Origin: Antedon mediterranea | Taxonomy: Eukaryota; Animalia; Echinodermata | DNA length: 64,000 nucleotides | NCBI RefSeq assembly: GCF_964355755.1 | Contig: NC_092676.1 | Span: 17,254,871-17,318,870, forward strand | Direction: 5' to 3' | In this document: piece by piece, positions 61,321-64,000 of the stretch | Position numbering within the stretch: position 1 is the first letter of the stretch | Layout of the letters: each line of letters begins with the position of its first letter | Made by a program: the position numbers and the translations under genes | The notes under the pieces: model-generated | What the model was told of the DNA's origin: nothing | Seen by the model: the letters and a program-made list of their open reading frames with translations, nothing else | The model's database searches: none

Positions 61321-61849
61321 TATGTTTAAAGATGCATCACGCGATGTCTAGAGCGCCGTTATAGTAACTAACGTAAAATGTATGATAATAATTTAGAAGT
61401 TAGTTATTACAATTATGTATAAGCTATCACCTATACTATACATTCGAACAAAATAGGTATATTTTTAAACAAAATATTGTATGTACTGGGTATGATAAGC
61501 GTCTCACATACACACGGAGCCAAGATAGCTTCTTAGACTTGCACAGTGTATGAACTCTATAACCTTACGGTTCTCAATAATATCACTCCATGTTATCATT
61601 TTAATATCTTTTTTTTCAAACTTTTGCATCTCTACGTTCATTTCATGCAACTTTTGTATTGGTGAAAAGGGAGGAATTCAAATAATTCCTCTTGAGTTTA
61701 CAGCCTCTCTACACAAATCAACAAACAAGCAAGAAAAAAAGTGTTTGTCTGTGGCAGCCTGGAATATAAAAATGTTGTTTTTTGTTTTCTTTGTTTCAGT
61801 TTATTAGTGTTAACATTGTCATATTTTTTTGTGCGTAAACCGATTCAAA

Positions 61850-62015
61850 TGATCTAGATTGCCCTAGACCGCCAAAGCTTCGCCCCCTGGACCCCAACCG
61901 GGGGCCCTTGGCGGCCCCCTGGCCTCCAGCCCATGGTTGCTCGCTTCGCTCGCAAAATACTCACATATTGGTTGACCCCCCCCCCCCCTTTAATTCTTTG
62001 CTGGCTGCGCCCCTG
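61850..62015 (+). mobile_element. Right end of the hAT element
   Basis: ggggcccttggcggccccctgg…gctcgcttcgctcg module (shared with 19890-19962), ending ctggctgcgcccctg. Confidence 0.7.
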
Positions 62016-64000
62016 ATGCTATCACATATTCACACACACACAAAGAACACCGTCATATTATTTACATCAACATCAATATTGTCCTCTTTTATCCTAATTG
62101 TCATCATTATTTTCATTATCAATGATTGAAAGACATTAGAGTAGGCCTATGTTACGTCATTGACGTCTAAGATCATCCCAACTATGATCATTATCATTAT
62201 GCTATTTGATCGTGGCGTTATTATATGTTGCTTATTAACGTAATCATGACCTTATTATAATAATATTCATATATTCATTTTTCCATACTGTTATTTTTAT
62301 TTCAATATATTATTTTGTTTCCTTCGTGGGACTCTTTAAACTCTTACACGTGCCCGGGGCGCAATTTATAAGATGACGTCACAGAATTCCAGTCGAGTTA
62401 TTAATCACTGAGTCATGTACACAACAGAATGTACTACTCTCCAAAGAAGTAAATTCCCTAATGACAAGAGAATACGTTTTGTTGAATACACTAATTATCA
62501 TTTTACATCTAGCGCAGTCTTCTCTATTCACAAATGTATAAACTCCACTGGCAAACGACGTTTAGTTTTCAACCTGGTCAGAAATCACCGCCAGACAGAG
62601 AATGCGCGAAGTAATTCATGGACCGATACCATATGGCATATAAAATGAATATTAGCACTCGCTGTTTCGGCATACAGTAGGAATATAATATTCGCATTGG
62701 ATGTTATTCTAGTCCTACAGCATAGGCTGTCATCTGTTTTCAACAGCACTCAGGCCAGCGGGCGGGATAATATATTTTCAATATCGCATCATTTGGGGTA
62801 AGTTCATAATAATACGATTCTCGTGAGCGAATATATCTTCATTATATTCAGATGTATTTTCTATAGGTAGGACAGACCATCGCATTATTTTATTATGCAC
62901 TAGAGTGAGATTCATTTATGTAGTATACGGGCATATAGCCGGTTACGTTAGATACATGGTGTTATCTCAACGTGCTTGCTTTGTGATATTTAACCATCAG
63001 TTATAATAAATGTATTTACAGATACAGATTTAATATTATGTACGTCAATCTGACGAGATACACGTGTTAAGCAACAGAAAAGCTTCCATAAAAACAAAAA
63101 TAAAGATATTTATTTATATTCTCAAAATTTAAATTACTACCGTAAATCATAACATTATGCAATATTACGTCGGTGTTAACTAATCACACATTTTTTTAAC
63201 ACATTATGTTTATTATCGGTGAAAATGCATACATGCAAGCTCTTCTTATGCATTATATAGCTGACACAGCACACGACCTTGCTGTATGCTATACGCCGAC
63301 GGTTCACTTACAACTCGTACATAGGCTAAGTATATGTATGTACTATTAGTATTATCTATCGTGTATTTATATTAAATATACAGGTATGCTAATATAATAT
63401 AATATATATTATCCTGATTTATATTTACCTTCTAGGTGTATACAGAATCCTCCTAACTATCGGTATGTTTTTGCTTTGACTCTCTGTGCCTATGGGCACT
63501 ACAAATGAATGAAAATAGAGCATTATTATAGATATTGATTTAAAAAAATTATAGTTATGTGTTTGAGTAAGCATGTGGTCAGAAACTATCACGATAGGCT
63601 GCCGTACCTCTTTTGCGACATCCGGGCAAGTTACTACTAAATTAGATCTACTTAAATACTTAATAAATAACAAAAATACTAATAACTAGGGCTACTGCTA
63701 AAAATTATATATAGTCATAATTATGATGGAACACTTTTAGAAAAATCTGCTGCGGTTAAAGGTAGGCTTACCTCAAAAGAATCGTATTAACTGTTTAAAT
63801 AAATGCATGTTAAAATTTTTAATAAACTGAGTGAGATACACACTGTAAGCCTACCAGTAAATATAAAGTAATGTTGTGTAAATATTAGTGTGCCCTTGGT
63901 TTAAAAACGTTTTAAATGCTTTATAAGAACACAGGATTGAAGACAAATCCAGGCTAAGAATAAGATTGAATCGTAGGAAGATTATGAAACAAAAAACTTG

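Overview
AT-rich animal genomic DNA, from an invertebrate and plausibly a marine deuterostome such as an echinoderm (the taxon is an inference). Two spliced genes sit head-to-head with about 0.6 kb between start codons: GET1/WRB on the minus strand (4 coding exons, 3508->1375, 183 aa) and APEX1, an AP endonuclease of the ExoIII/Xth family, on the plus strand (11 coding exons, 4114->46491, 322 aa). Both were assembled by hand with consistent splice phases. APEX1 needs two consecutive GC-AG introns after twin 45-nt exons. Its introns are inflated by non-autonomous DNA transposons (EnSpm/CACTA-, piggyBac-, hAT-, Kolobok-, Harbinger- and Helentron-like), tRNA- and 5S-headed SINEs, a DIRS-like end, decayed LINEs and a ~2-kb 23-bp satellite. 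The most unusual locus is 13.5-16.0 kb: a (TA)n site holding a Penelope 3' end with a minimal hammerhead ribozyme, a second inverted hammerhead, an inverted copy of the flank, and a 371-bp tandem unit that carries a complete 72-nt tRNA-like cloverleaf with a Pol III terminator. TACAGTA/TACTGTA and TAGGCCTA words are strongly over-represented across the window and may be transposon excision footprints. The region 48.5-64 kb is intergenic with decayed repeats. Almost all entries in the supplied ORF track are spurious.
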